NCBI GenBank assembly: GCA_949294665.1
Contig: CASFID010000055.1
Location: forward strand, 4,772-68,771
DNA: 64,000 nt
Source: an uncultured Eubacteriales bacterium
GTDB taxonomy: Bacteria; Bacillota; Clostridia; Lachnospirales; Lachnospiraceae
Reading direction: 5' to 3'
Shown: one piece after another, positions 21,307 to 31,087 of the stretch
How the letters are laid out: each line of letters begins with the position of its first letter
How positions within the stretch are numbered: the stretch's first letter is position 1
Translations under genes and position numbers: made by a program
Notes under the pieces: generated by a model
The model's database searches: none
Seen by the model: the letters and a program-made list of their open reading frames with translations, nothing else
What the model was told of the DNA's origin: nothing

Positions 21307-22432
21307 GTGGTTTTATTAGATGAATTAAAGTCCAGACTGACTGCATATGAAGAACCGCTGAAAGATCTGAGGGATTCACTTTGACTTAGCGTCAAAGAAG
21401 CTCAGAATAGAAGAATTACAGAAAAGAATGGAAGAACCGGGGTTCTGGGATGATCCGGATAATTCCCAGCAGGTCATGAAAGAACTGAAAAGCCTCCAGG
21501 ATTCTGTCAAACAGATCGAAAAGCTTGTGTCGGATTACGAGGATATGAAGCTTCTCATCGAGATGAGCGAGGAGGAACCGGACGAAGATACAACGCAGGA
21601 GATTGAAGAAGAACTGAATGCATTCGCAGAGACATTTGAAGAGCTGCGGATCAGTACCCTGCTCACAGGCCCCTATGACAAAGACAATGCGATCGTGACG
21701 CTCCACGCGGGCGCCGGCGGGACAGAATCCTGCGACTGGGCGGGAATGCTGTACCGCATGTATACGAGATGGGCGGAGAAGAAAGGCTATGAAGTAGAAG
21801 AACTCGACTTCCTGGAAGGCGATGTGGCGGGGATCAAAGGCGTCACTTTCGAGGTAAAGGGAGAGAATGCCTACGGATATCTGCGCTCGGAAAAAGGGGT
21901 GCATCGGCTTGTGCGTATTTCCCCGTTTAATGCGGCCGGCAAGAGACAGACGTCTTTCGCCTCCTGCGATGTGATACCGGATATTGAGGAGGACATCGAC
22001 ATCGAGATCAACGATGACGATCTGAAGATTGACACCTACCGTTCCAGCGGAGCCGGCGGACAGCACATCAATAAGACGTCGTCTGCCGTCAGGATCACCC
22101 ATCTCCCGACGGGAATCGTGGTCCAGTGTCAGAACGAGCGCTCCCAGCATATGAACAAGGATAAGGCGATGCAGATGCTGCGTTCCAGACTCTACCTGAT
22201 GAAACAACAGGAACAGGCCGAAAAGATGTCTGACATAAGAGGTGAAGTAAGAGATATCAACTTTGGAAATCAGATCCGTTCCTATGTCATGCAGCCCTAT
22301 ACGCTCGTGAAAGACCATCGGACGAACACAGAGATCAGCAACGTAAACAGTGTCATGGACGGCAACATCGATCCGTTCATCAATGCGTATCTGAGCCAGG
22401 AGAAAGATCCGGCGTCCGGGCAGCAGGAATGA
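21307..22432 (+). CDS. prfB: Peptide chain release factor 2 with programmed +1 frameshift
   Basis: GTG 21307; 25 codons to CTT-TGA-C at 21379-21385; the +1 frame continues into the ORF with SPF and GGQ motifs. Confidence 0.96.
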
Positions 22433-22481
22433 TAAAAGGATCACAAAGCACAGAAAAGGAAGAACAAAAAAGGAGAAAACG

Positions 22482-23714
22482 ATGGTAAATATAGCAGTAA
22501 TGGGATACGGTACCGTAGGTTCCGGCGTAGTGGAAGTCATCAATACGAACAGCGATATCATCAACCAGAGGGCGGCGGATGAGATCAATATCAAGTATGT
22601 GCTCGATCTCAGGGATTTTCCCGGAGATCCCGTTCAGGAAAAGATCGTGCATGACGTGGATGTGATCATCAACGATCCGGAGATCCGCATTGTAGTGGAA
22701 GTGATGGGCGGGATCGAACCGGCATATACATTTGTAAAACGGTGTCTGGAAGCGGGCAAGAGCGTTGTCACGTCCAATAAGGCTCTTGTGGCGAAACACG
22801 GAGCGGAACTGCTCTCGATCGCCCGGGACAGAGAGCTCAACTTCCTGTTTGAGGCCAGCGTAGGCGGGGGCATTCCGATCATCCGCGCGCTCAATTCCTG
22901 TCTGACAGCGGATAAGATCGAGGAGATCACAGGTATCTTAAACGGTACGACGAATTACATGCTCAGCAAGATGTTCTATGAAGGCGCCGATTACGATGAA
23001 GTGTTAAAGGAAGCGCAGGACAACGGATATGCGGAGCGCAATCCGGAAGCGGATGTAGAAGGATACGACGCCTGCCGTAAGATCGCGATCCTTTCGTCCC
23101 TCATCTCGGGGCAGCAGGTGGATTTTGAAGATATCTACACAGAGGGAATCACAAATATCACAAAAAAGGATATGCTCTATGCGAAAAAACTCGGCATGAT
23201 GATCAAGCTCATCGCGTCCAGCAAACGACACGGAGACCACCTCCATGCGATCGTGGCTCCTGTCCTCCTGAACAAGGAACATCCGCTTTACAGCGTGGAC
23301 GATGTATTTAACGCAGTGTTCGTGCACGGAAACATGCTCGGAGACGCCATGTTCTATGGAAGCGGCGCAGGCAAGCTGCCGACAGCCAGCGCAGTCGTCG
23401 CGGATGTGGTTGACGAAGCGAAACATCTCCACAGAAATATTATGACCATGTGGAAGAATGAAAAACTTACCCTCATGCCCATCGAAGATACGCGCAAGCA
23501 GTTCTTTATCCGGATGTCCGGAAGCGCAGAAGACCGTCTGGGAGAAGTGGAGAAAGTGTTCGGTCCTGTCCGGACAGTCGAAGCGGACGGGCTGACAGAT
23601 GAGTTCGGCGTCGTGACGGAGGTTATGACCGAAGGAGATTATGTCAGAAAAGCGGCACAGATCGACGGGGTGCTCCACATGATCCGTATTGAAGATCAGA
23701 GTATCGACGACTAG
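22482..23714 (+). CDS. hom: Homoserine dehydrogenase
   Basis: GYGTVG, EASVGGGIP, GILNGTTNY, GAGKLPTASAV. Confidence 0.95.
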   Translation: MVNIAVMGYGTVGSGVVEVINTNSDIINQRAADEINIKYVLDLRDFPGDPVQEKIVHDVDVIINDPEIRIVVEVMGGIEPAYTFVKRCLEAGKSVVTSNKALVAKHGAELLSIARDRELNFLFEASVGGGIPIIRALNSCLTADKIEEITGILNGTTNYMLSKMFYEGADYDEVLKEAQDNGYAERNPEADVEGYDACRKIAILSSLISGQQVDFEDIYTEGITNITKKDMLYAKKLGMMIKLIASSKRHGDHLHAIVAPVLLNKEHPLYSVDDVFNAVFVHGNMLGDAMFYGSGAGKLPTASAVVADVVDEAKHLHRNIMTMWKNEKLTLMPIEDTRKQFFIRMSGSAEDRLGEVEKVFGPVRTVEADGLTDEFGVVTEVMTEGDYVRKAAQIDGVLHMIRIEDQSIDD

Positions 23715-23742
23715 AGAAGCACAAGACTGTTAGGAGGGCGAC

Positions 23743-25002
23743 ATGAAATACATCGTAATCTTATGTGACGGGATGGCAGACGAACCGCTTGCTGACCTGG
23801 GCGGGAATACTCCGCTGGAAGCTGCCCATACGCCGAACATGGACGCGCTGGCTCGAACTTCGGAGATCGGCATGGTACGCACGGTGCCGGAGGGGATGGC
23901 TCCAGGAAGCGATACCGCGAACCTGTCAGTGATCGGATATGATCCGAGGATCTACTATTCCGGGCGTTCGCCGCTGGAGGCGCTGAGCATAGGGGCGAAG
24001 ATGGAGGAGAATGATGTGTCGTTCCGCTGCAATCTGGTTACCCTCTTGGAAGAAGAGGAGAACTATGAAGACCGCAGGATCCTCGACCACAGCTCCGGAG
24101 AGATAAGCACGGAGGAGGCTGGAGAGCTTGTCAGAGCGCTGCAGGAGGAGTTTGGGAGCGGAGACGCTTCGGAACGTCCATGCTATTCAGAAGGTTATAC
24201 CTTTTATCCGGGGACGAGTTACCGCCATCTGCTGATCGAAAAAAACGGAACCGTGAGGGATCTGACTGCTCCCCATGACATCCTGACGAGGCGGATCGGG
24301 GAGTATTTGCCGGAAGATCCTGTTCTGCGCGACATGATGATCAGGAGTTACGATATATTAAAAGACCATCCGGTCAATGTAAAGCGGCGGGCAGAGGGAA
24401 AGAATCCGGCGAACTCTGCATGGTTCTGGGGCGCAGGAACCCGTCCGGCCCTCGCTTCCTTTGAGGAGAAAAACGGTGTGAAAGGCGCGATGATCTCGGC
24501 TGTAGATCTTCTCAAGGGGATCGCTGTAGGAGCGGGAATGCACAATATCAGCGTGGAGGGCGCCAACGGTGGTCTGCACACAAACTATACCGGCAAGGCA
24601 GAGGCGGCTGTGAAAGCTCTCACAGAAGACGGGTATGATTTCGTCTATGTACATATAGAAGCTCCCGATGAGATGGGACATCAGGGAAGTGCGAAAGACA
24701 AGATAAGAGCCATCGAATATATCGATGAACAGATCGTCGGACCTGTGGCGGACGCGCTAAAAGATTCCGGGACAGATTACAGGATGCTCATCCTGCCGGA
24801 TCATCCGACGCCGGTTCGCGTGCGCACACACACCTCAGATCCGGTGCCGTATATGCTGTACGACAGCACAAAGAAAGCGGAGGGAAAAGAGAAATATTCC
24901 GAAAAGACGGGAAATGAGACAGGGATCTTTCTGGAAGAAGGATACCGGCTGATAGACCATCTGCTCGACTCCCGGTCTGACGGCGGTCCACAGGGTAGTT
25001 AA
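23743..25002 (+). CDS. ApgM-type cofactor-independent phosphoglycerate mutase / proposed homoserine kinase
   Basis: DGMAD, GSDTANL, GRSPLEA, HIEAPDEMGH, PDHPTP..HT motifs. Confidence 0.85.
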   Translation: MKYIVILCDGMADEPLADLGGNTPLEAAHTPNMDALARTSEIGMVRTVPEGMAPGSDTANLSVIGYDPRIYYSGRSPLEALSIGAKMEENDVSFRCNLVTLLEEEENYEDRRILDHSSGEISTEEAGELVRALQEEFGSGDASERPCYSEGYTFYPGTSYRHLLIEKNGTVRDLTAPHDILTRRIGEYLPEDPVLRDMMIRSYDILKDHPVNVKRRAEGKNPANSAWFWGAGTRPALASFEEKNGVKGAMISAVDLLKGIAVGAGMHNISVEGANGGLHTNYTGKAEAAVKALTEDGYDFVYVHIEAPDEMGHQGSAKDKIRAIEYIDEQIVGPVADALKDSGTDYRMLILPDHPTPVRVRTHTSDPVPYMLYDSTKKAEGKEKYSEKTGNETGIFLEEGYRLIDHLLDSRSDGGPQGS

Positions 25003-25021
25003 GGCGCTGACCGGACAGTCC

Positions 25022-25074
25022 AATACAGGGGATGCCGCACGGATCAGACAGATCCGGGCGGCATCCCCTGTATT
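25022..25074. terminator. Strong hairpin between convergent genes
   Basis: aatacaggggatgccgc / gcggcatcccctgtatt perfect 17-bp stem. Confidence 0.75.
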
Positions 25075-25149
25075 ATTTGCTGAGCCTGGCGGCGAATATA
25101 CGTCACGAAATACAGCTTTCGCCTTTTCCGGCGATGGAAGCGCCGACGC

Positions 25150-26118
25150 TTACTGTACGGCTGCGTTCATTTCCACGTCGATATCCCCGCTGGACGTCTC
25201 GAATTCGATGCTTTTATCCCCGTCTTTCTGAAAGTCATAAGCCATCTCCATCATGTCCTCGGATACAAGTCTCCCCGGAGCATCTTCAGGTACGTTGATC
25301 TCACCGTATTCGGTGTACAAGGCGAAAGAGTAGTCTCCGATCTGTCCGGGAAGAGTCAGAGAGGTATCTCCGTAATCATTGTAACCGGTCAGCGTCCTGA
25401 GCGAGTCGGCGCAGAATGTCAGGTCCCCGGCATCTATTGTAAGAGCGGCGCTCTCTACCTCCATGCCGGTCAGATCACAGTCCCCGTATTCGCTTGTCAG
25501 AGACAGTGTTTGGATCGTGGAATCCGAGATTTCCAGATCTCCTGCCGAAAGCTCCAGAGTCCCGGTATCAAAGTCTGCGTTTTCTATATTGAGATCTCCG
25601 TAGTCGAGCCGGATGTCCGCCTGCTGCGCCGAGAGATCACAGATCCGCAGATCTCCGAAACTGCTTCGGATGTCTACTTTGGAGAGCTGTCTGTTCTCCG
25701 GTATATAGAAGCGTATCACAGGAGAACCGGCCCTTGTGTTGGATCCGGGACCGAAAAAATATACGCCGACGGAGTCGTCAGCATCATAAGCAAAATGAAG
25801 AATACCATCAGAGATATCGTATTCCTGCCTGTCAGAGTCTCCGTACAGTGTATACTCAAGATAGAAACTGTCGTCGTCAGAAGGAAGAAATTCGACGTCA
25901 GCCTCGGATCCGATCGCGAGATCGATGCCCGAGAATTCTTCCAGCTTTGTTTTGTCCCGGGTATACGGTTCTTCTCTGGATGAGGCGGAAAGAACACCGG
26001 CTCTTGTCAGAGCGAATCCCGGCCAGCCGCCTGATGCGATGCCGGCTCCGGTCAGAAGAAGTCCTGCGCCCATGCAGCAGCCGGAGATGAGAAGGATTTT
26101 TTTGGTCAAAGATTTCAT
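25150..26118 (-). CDS. DUF4097-like beta-repeat (putative adhesin-fold) protein
   Basis: N-terminal TM then repeated ..SFGDL / DYGDL / SAGDL / EYGDC / SSGDI beta units; ATGA overlap with the upstream gene. Confidence 0.8.
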   Translation of the reverse strand: MKSLTKKILLISGCCMGAGLLLTGAGIASGGWPGFALTRAGVLSASSREEPYTRDKTKLEEFSGIDLAIGSEADVEFLPSDDDSFYLEYTLYGDSDRQEYDISDGILHFAYDADDSVGVYFFGPGSNTRAGSPVIRFYIPENRQLSKVDIRSSFGDLRICDLSAQQADIRLDYGDLNIENADFDTGTLELSAGDLEISDSTIQTLSLTSEYGDCDLTGMEVESAALTIDAGDLTFCADSLRTLTGYNDYGDTSLTLPGQIGDYSFALYTEYGEINVPEDAPGRLVSEDMMEMAYDFQKDGDKSIEFETSSGDIDVEMNAAVQ

Positions 26119-26699
26119 TTGCGCGCCCTCCTTTTTGTGAGTTTTCCGAGAAACGATGCGGCTTTTTTGATCAGCCACTTAAATAAAAGTACGGATCCGT
26201 ATATAAGCAGGAGTCCCAGTCCTGTACAGAAAAGTCCCATACCCAGATTGCACAGCCCATCCCCATGAGACTGGAACAGGAGCAGTATCCCGCCGAATAT
26301 GCCCAGTATCCCTCCGGCGCAGATAGATACGGAGGAGACTGCGACACAAAAGAGGGCTATGCCGATACAGATGAGGACCATACCGACTACAAGTATGAGC
26401 CCGATCGCAACCGGAAGCGCAACCGGCGCGGCGAATACGGCAAGAATGGCGATCCACACGGCGGAGAGCCCTTTCCTTACGGATCTGGGAGGCTCTTCTG
26501 CATTTTGGGCTGCGAAGTCGACGATCAGAGCGTTCGCCGCCTCCTCGGGATCTCCCAGATCTTTGATAGCCTGTTCCTCATGCCCGGGACCGGCTTCTGT
26601 GAAATATTCTTCAAAATACTCTATGGCTCTGTAGTAATCCTCCCTGGGGAGCCGTCTGAGTTTATGAGACAGTAGTTTCATATATTCATTCTTTGTCAT
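26115..26699 (-). CDS. DUF1700/HAAS-domain membrane protein
   Basis: MTKNEYM..L..LP..YFEEYF..LGDP N-terminal domain followed by TM helices. Confidence 0.82.
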   Translation of the reverse strand: MTKNEYMKLLSHKLRRLPREDYYRAIEYFEEYFTEAGPGHEEQAIKDLGDPEEAANALIVDFAAQNAEEPPRSVRKGLSAVWIAILAVFAAPVALPVAIGLILVVGMVLICIGIALFCVAVSSVSICAGGILGIFGGILLLFQSHGDGLCNLGMGLFCTGLGLLLIYGSVLLFKWLIKKAASFLGKLTKRRARK

Positions 26700-27012
26700 C
26701 TGAGTTTCCCCCTTTTACAATGTCGTCGATAATGAATTTGTAGGTCTCCCATTCGCTGAGCAGTTCCGCCTGCCGTCCGGCGCCGGCGGGAGTGATCCTG
26801 TAGTATCTCCGGTTGCGCCCCTGATACTGTTCGTCATAGGTTTCCACCCATGCATTTTCCTGCAGACGTTTCAGTACGGGATACAGAGCAGAGTCCTTTG
26901 TGTCCGCCGCCCGCTTTATGATCCGGCTGATCTGATAGCCGTAAGCATCTCCTTCAGCGATGACGGACAGGACAAGAAAGTCAAGCATTGGAGCATTGGG
27001 CGTGAAAGTCAT
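26686..27012 (-). CDS. PadR-family transcriptional regulator
   Basis: AYGYQI, LYPVLKRL, RRYYRIT. Confidence 0.92.
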   Translation of the reverse strand: MTFTPNAPMLDFLVLSVIAEGDAYGYQISRIIKRAADTKDSALYPVLKRLQENAWVETYDEQYQGRNRRYYRITPAGAGRQAELLSEWETYKFIIDDIVKGGNSDDKE

Positions 27013-27051
27013 GATATAACTCCTTTCTGAATATATATTTATTTTACAGAT

Positions 27052-27080
27052 ATTATAGTTTGTATAATATATAAAGTCAA
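27052..27080 (-). promoter_or_regulatory. SigA promoter of the padR operon
   Basis: TTGACT-17-TATAAT on the minus strand. Confidence 0.7.
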
Positions 27081-27195
27081 TATATATATAAAATCTTTGG
27101 AAAATCTTTAGAAATGTTGATTACTGCACGGAAAAAGGATACTATATTACAAGGCGCATATGGATAAAGAAAAGTGCGTAAAAAGGAGGAAAAAA

Positions 27196-27636
27196 ATGAT
27201 ACGAAGACTAACCGGAGAAGACAGAGAACTTTATATTGAGATGGCGCAGGAGTTCTATCACTCGGACGCTGTACTTCATCCTGTTCCGGAATCCTACATC
27301 GAGGCGACGGCAGACGAGGCGCTGAGAAGCGATGCATATACAAAGATATACATGATAGAGTGGGAGGGCGAGCCGGCCGGGTATGCCGTGACGGCCAGAT
27401 CGTTCTCACAGGAAGCAGGCGGATATGTTATCTGGCTTGAAGAACTCTACATCAGGGAGGCGTTCCGGTCGAAAGGTCTCGGGCGGGAATTCTTCACCTG
27501 GATCGAAGAGACAGAGGAGCGCGGCGCCGCAAGACTGAGGCTCGAAGTGGAGGCCGGAAATACCCGGGCCATATCTCTTTATGAAAGGCTGGGATATAAA
27601 GTGCTCGACTATGTGCAGATGATCAAAGAATTATGA
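27196..27636 (+). CDS. GNAT family N-acetyltransferase
   Basis: LEELYIREAFRSKGLG, NTRAISLYERLGY; AGGAGG RBS. Confidence 0.9.
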   Translation: MIRRLTGEDRELYIEMAQEFYHSDAVLHPVPESYIEATADEALRSDAYTKIYMIEWEGEPAGYAVTARSFSQEAGGYVIWLEELYIREAFRSKGLGREFFTWIEETEERGAARLRLEVEAGNTRAISLYERLGYKVLDYVQMIKEL

Positions 27637-27690
27637 TATGACAAAATGGATACGTGTATACAATCCGGCACAATTTCTTTGAATCCGCCA

Positions 27691-27720
27691 TTGCATGTTA
27701 CCGTACAACAATGCTATAAT
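27691..27720 (+). promoter_or_regulatory. SigA promoter upstream of the three-gene unknown operon
   Basis: TTGCAT-18-TATAAT with TG extended -10. Confidence 0.6.
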
Positions 27721-27769
27721 TCATAGTAGCGTATTTTTGCCTTCCGGGCGGAAGAAGAATTTGGAGTAG

Positions 27770-30700
27770 GTGACTGATTTGAAGAATAAGATCAAGCGAT
27801 TTGCCAAGGGCGATTTTCATATCCCACAGCCGGAGATTATCTTTCCCGAGACATGCATTATCATGCGTGTGGGCGAGGGGGAAAAATATAAAGGAAGTTT
27901 CTCGCTCCAGAACCAGGGTGAGGGAACGATCCGGGGACTTGTATATCCCTCGTCTTACCGGGTGCAGTGCGATGAGCAGGGCTTTGACGCCAATCCGGTC
28001 AACATCTCCTATACATATGACGGCACGGGGCTTGTGCCGGGCCATGTAGAGCACGGGAAGTTTACGATCGTCTGCAATGGCGGAGAGTTCGATATCGCGT
28101 TCACGGCTATTATAGAGAAACCCTACGTCATGACGAGTTACGGGAAAGTTCAGAGCCTGGACGACTTCAAGAAGCTCACGTTCAGAGATGCGGCGGAGGC
28201 TGTCAAGCTGTTCCGTTCCCGGGACTTCTATGAGATATTAAAATATGAAGATAAAAGAATCCAGGCCCTCTACGATAATATGCGGCGCTGGGAACTGGAC
28301 CAGCAGGCGCTGGAGGAATTCCTTGTCGGCTGTAAGCAGAAAGAGAAGATATTCCTGATGCTTGAGGAGGAAAGCAGGGCGTTTATGTCGCTGAACGAAT
28401 CGCGCAAGGAGACTTTTGCGATCAAAAAGAACACGTGGGGCTATCTCGAGATTGATGTGAGGACAGAAGGGGACTTCCTCATGGTCGAGCATACACGGAT
28501 TACCACGGAGGAGTTCATCGGCAATTCCTATCGGCTGGAATACTTCCTCAGCACAGAGCATCTCCATAAAGGGAGCAACTATGGCAGGATCATACTGGAA
28601 TCGCCGTACGAGACGCTGACCTATGAGATCGTCGTCGAAAAGGATGTGGACCGGGATGAGGACCGCAGGGCGAACGACAGGGAATTCGCCGGGATCCTGA
28701 GAAATTATCTGAAATATGAGAGCGGCCGCATGGAGCTTGAAGAGTGGGTGACGGAAGCAATCCGAAGGATCAGTCATCTAAGGGAGATGGACAGTGCGAA
28801 CGACGTCTATCTCCTTGCCCACGCTCATATCTGTCTGATCGGCAGACGGATGGACGAGGCAAAATGGCTACTGGAATCCTATAACTATAACCGGTTTGCC
28901 GTGGGCAGGGATGTGGAACTGAGTTCTTACTATCTCTATCTGACGACACTGCTCTCCAATGATACGATCGGGCAGAGAAAGGTGGCCGAGGAACTCTCCC
29001 GGTCTTTTATGAAACATCCGGACAGCTGGAAGATACTGTGCATGCTTGTCGAGGTGGATTCCGAGTATAAGATATACAGTGAGAGACTGCGGGTGCTGGA
29101 AAACCAGTTCCAGGAGGACAGATCTCACAGCATCTGGTTCTATCTCCAGGCGTTTAAGTGTTTCCGGGACAAGAGCTCCTCACTTAAGAAACTTGGAAAG
29201 TTTGAGGTGCAGGTTCTTCTGTTCGCTGTAAAATACAAGCTTATGACAAGAGAACTTGCGCTCTACACCTCGAATCTGGCTAGTCAGATGAAAGTATTTG
29301 ACAGTCAGCTTTATAACGTGCTCGCAAAAGCATATGAGATGTATCATGAGTCCATGATCCTGACTGCGATCTGTACGCTCCTGATCAAGGGGAACTGCAT
29401 CGAAAACCGGTATTTTAAATGGTTTGAAAAGGCCGTGGAAGAGGAATTGAAGATTGCTCAGCTCTACGAGTATTACATGGAGTCTGTCAGACCGGAGAGA
29501 TTTCATAAGGCTCTTCCCAGATCGGTGTATCTGTATTTTATGCACGGCAACAGTCTGGACTATCACAAGTGCGCGTTCCTGTATGCGAATCTGATCACCT
29601 ATGAGGACGAATCTAGTGAGATTTATGCGCATTACAGGGATGAGATGGAGGCTTTTGCCTGGAATCAGCTCGACCGCCGGAACGTGGACGAGCAGCTGAG
29701 GATCATATACAAAAGATTCGTTGTGGAATCCGCCATGAACCCGGAGCGCGTCAAGGCTCTCTACGACGTATGCCACGCGTACTGGATCACGACGAAAGTC
29801 CCGAATATGAAATATATCCATGTCATCGCGGACGACGGCACGATCACCCAGAAGGCCGCATATACGGACGGCGGCGCGAGGGTGTTCCTCTATGCCAAGA
29901 CGGACAGGCTTGTGTGGGAGTCAAAAGACGGCAGACACTATACGGATTCCATTCCGTACGAGAGCAAGAGGCTGTTTTATGAACTGCGTTATATGGACAT
30001 GTGCAGAAAGTACATCAACGGGCTCAGGCGGAACAGAGAAGAGGAACATGCGCAGGAACTCACCCTCGATACAGTACGCGAAAACGGACTTGAAAACTAT
30101 ACGGAAGAGCAGGTCTTCGGGCTCTGCAGCAGGACGATCCGCGAGAACAATTATGAGAGCGATGATTTTCTTACTTATGTATGCTTTGAACTGTTCAAAA
30201 AGCAGCAGTATGATAAGGTGATACTTACGTATCTCGCCAATTATTACTGCGGCGCAACGTCGGATATGAAGATGCTCTGGCGCGAGGCGAGAGACTATGA
30301 GGTACACACCCACAAACTTGCCGAGCGCATCCTGACTCAGATGCTGTTCTCGGAGGAACTTTTCCAGGAGGCTCAGATATTCGAGCAGTACTATGCAGAA
30401 GGAGCGTATTTCCGTCTGCAGCAGGCATATCTTACATATGTGTCCAGAGAATATGTGGTAGAAGAGAGAAAGATCGGACGAAGCGTCATCGACATCATCT
30501 GCCGCGAGTACGAGAAGGGGGAGGACACGAGCGACGTCTGCAAGATGGCGGTGCTTAAGTATTATTCTTCCAGAGAGTACAACGCTCAGATAAGGAAGAC
30601 GCTCAAGAAGTTCCTGCAGGAACTCTGCGGAAAGCAGATTTATTTTCCGTTCTTCCTCGCCTACGAGAAGGAATGGCTGATCGAACTTCAGCTATGGGAT

Positions 30701-31072
30701 AAGACGCTGATCGAATATAAAGGACAGAAAGGCAGCCGCGTAATGCTCTACTATCAGCTTCAGAAGGGCGGGCGCGAGCAGGCGGATTACTCTACAGAGG
30801 TCCTGACGCCGATGTATGAGAATCTCTATGTAAAGAAGTTTGTATTATTTGCAAATGAGAAGCTGAAGTATTATTTTAAAGAGACGATAGACGGCAACTC
30901 CTATCGGAGCGATAAGGAGACGTGCGTGCGGGAGCCGCATCCCGGCGAACAGGGAAGATACGGCCGTCTGAACGATATACTGACGGAGAGCAGCGAGAAG
31001 GAACGCAGAAACAAGATGCAGGCGTTTGCTCTGGAGAACGAGGTCGCGGCCCGTATATTCGTACAGGAATAA
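27770..31072 (+). CDS. Large conserved hypothetical protein (DUF5717-like): Ig-like domains plus alpha-solenoid
   Basis: 1100-aa ORF with GGAG RBS and GTG start; beta-rich N-terminal repeats, Tyr/Leu-rich helical middle. Confidence 0.8.
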   Translation: MTDLKNKIKRFAKGDFHIPQPEIIFPETCIIMRVGEGEKYKGSFSLQNQGEGTIRGLVYPSSYRVQCDEQGFDANPVNISYTYDGTGLVPGHVEHGKFTIVCNGGEFDIAFTAIIEKPYVMTSYGKVQSLDDFKKLTFRDAAEAVKLFRSRDFYEILKYEDKRIQALYDNMRRWELDQQALEEFLVGCKQKEKIFLMLEEESRAFMSLNESRKETFAIKKNTWGYLEIDVRTEGDFLMVEHTRITTEEFIGNSYRLEYFLSTEHLHKGSNYGRIILESPYETLTYEIVVEKDVDRDEDRRANDREFAGILRNYLKYESGRMELEEWVTEAIRRISHLREMDSANDVYLLAHAHICLIGRRMDEAKWLLESYNYNRFAVGRDVELSSYYLYLTTLLSNDTIGQRKVAEELSRSFMKHPDSWKILCMLVEVDSEYKIYSERLRVLENQFQEDRSHSIWFYLQAFKCFRDKSSSLKKLGKFEVQVLLFAVKYKLMTRELALYTSNLASQMKVFDSQLYNVLAKAYEMYHESMILTAICTLLIKGNCIENRYFKWFEKAVEEELKIAQLYEYYMESVRPERFHKALPRSVYLYFMHGNSLDYHKCAFLYANLITYEDESSEIYAHYRDEMEAFAWNQLDRRNVDEQLRIIYKRFVVESAMNPERVKALYDVCHAYWITTKVPNMKYIHVIADDGTITQKAAYTDGGARVFLYAKTDRLVWESKDGRHYTDSIPYESKRLFYELRYMDMCRKYINGLRRNREEEHAQELTLDTVRENGLENYTEEQVFGLCSRTIRENNYESDDFLTYVCFELFKKQQYDKVILTYLANYYCGATSDMKMLWREARDYEVHTHKLAERILTQMLFSEELFQEAQIFEQYYAEGAYFRLQQAYLTYVSREYVVEERKIGRSVIDIICREYEKGEDTSDVCKMAVLKYYSSREYNAQIRKTLKKFLQELCGKQIYFPFFLAYEKEWLIELQLWDKTLIEYKGQKGSRVMLYYQLQKGGREQADYSTEVLTPMYENLYVKKFVLFANEKLKYYFKETIDGNSYRSDKETCVREPHPGEQGRYGRLNDILTESSEKERRNKMQAFALENEVAARIFVQE

Positions 31073-31087
31073 GGAGGTTGTCTTTGG

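Noticed and set aside
21307-21427. prfB as a frameshifted pseudogene
   Set aside because: Canonical programmed CTT-TGA frameshift
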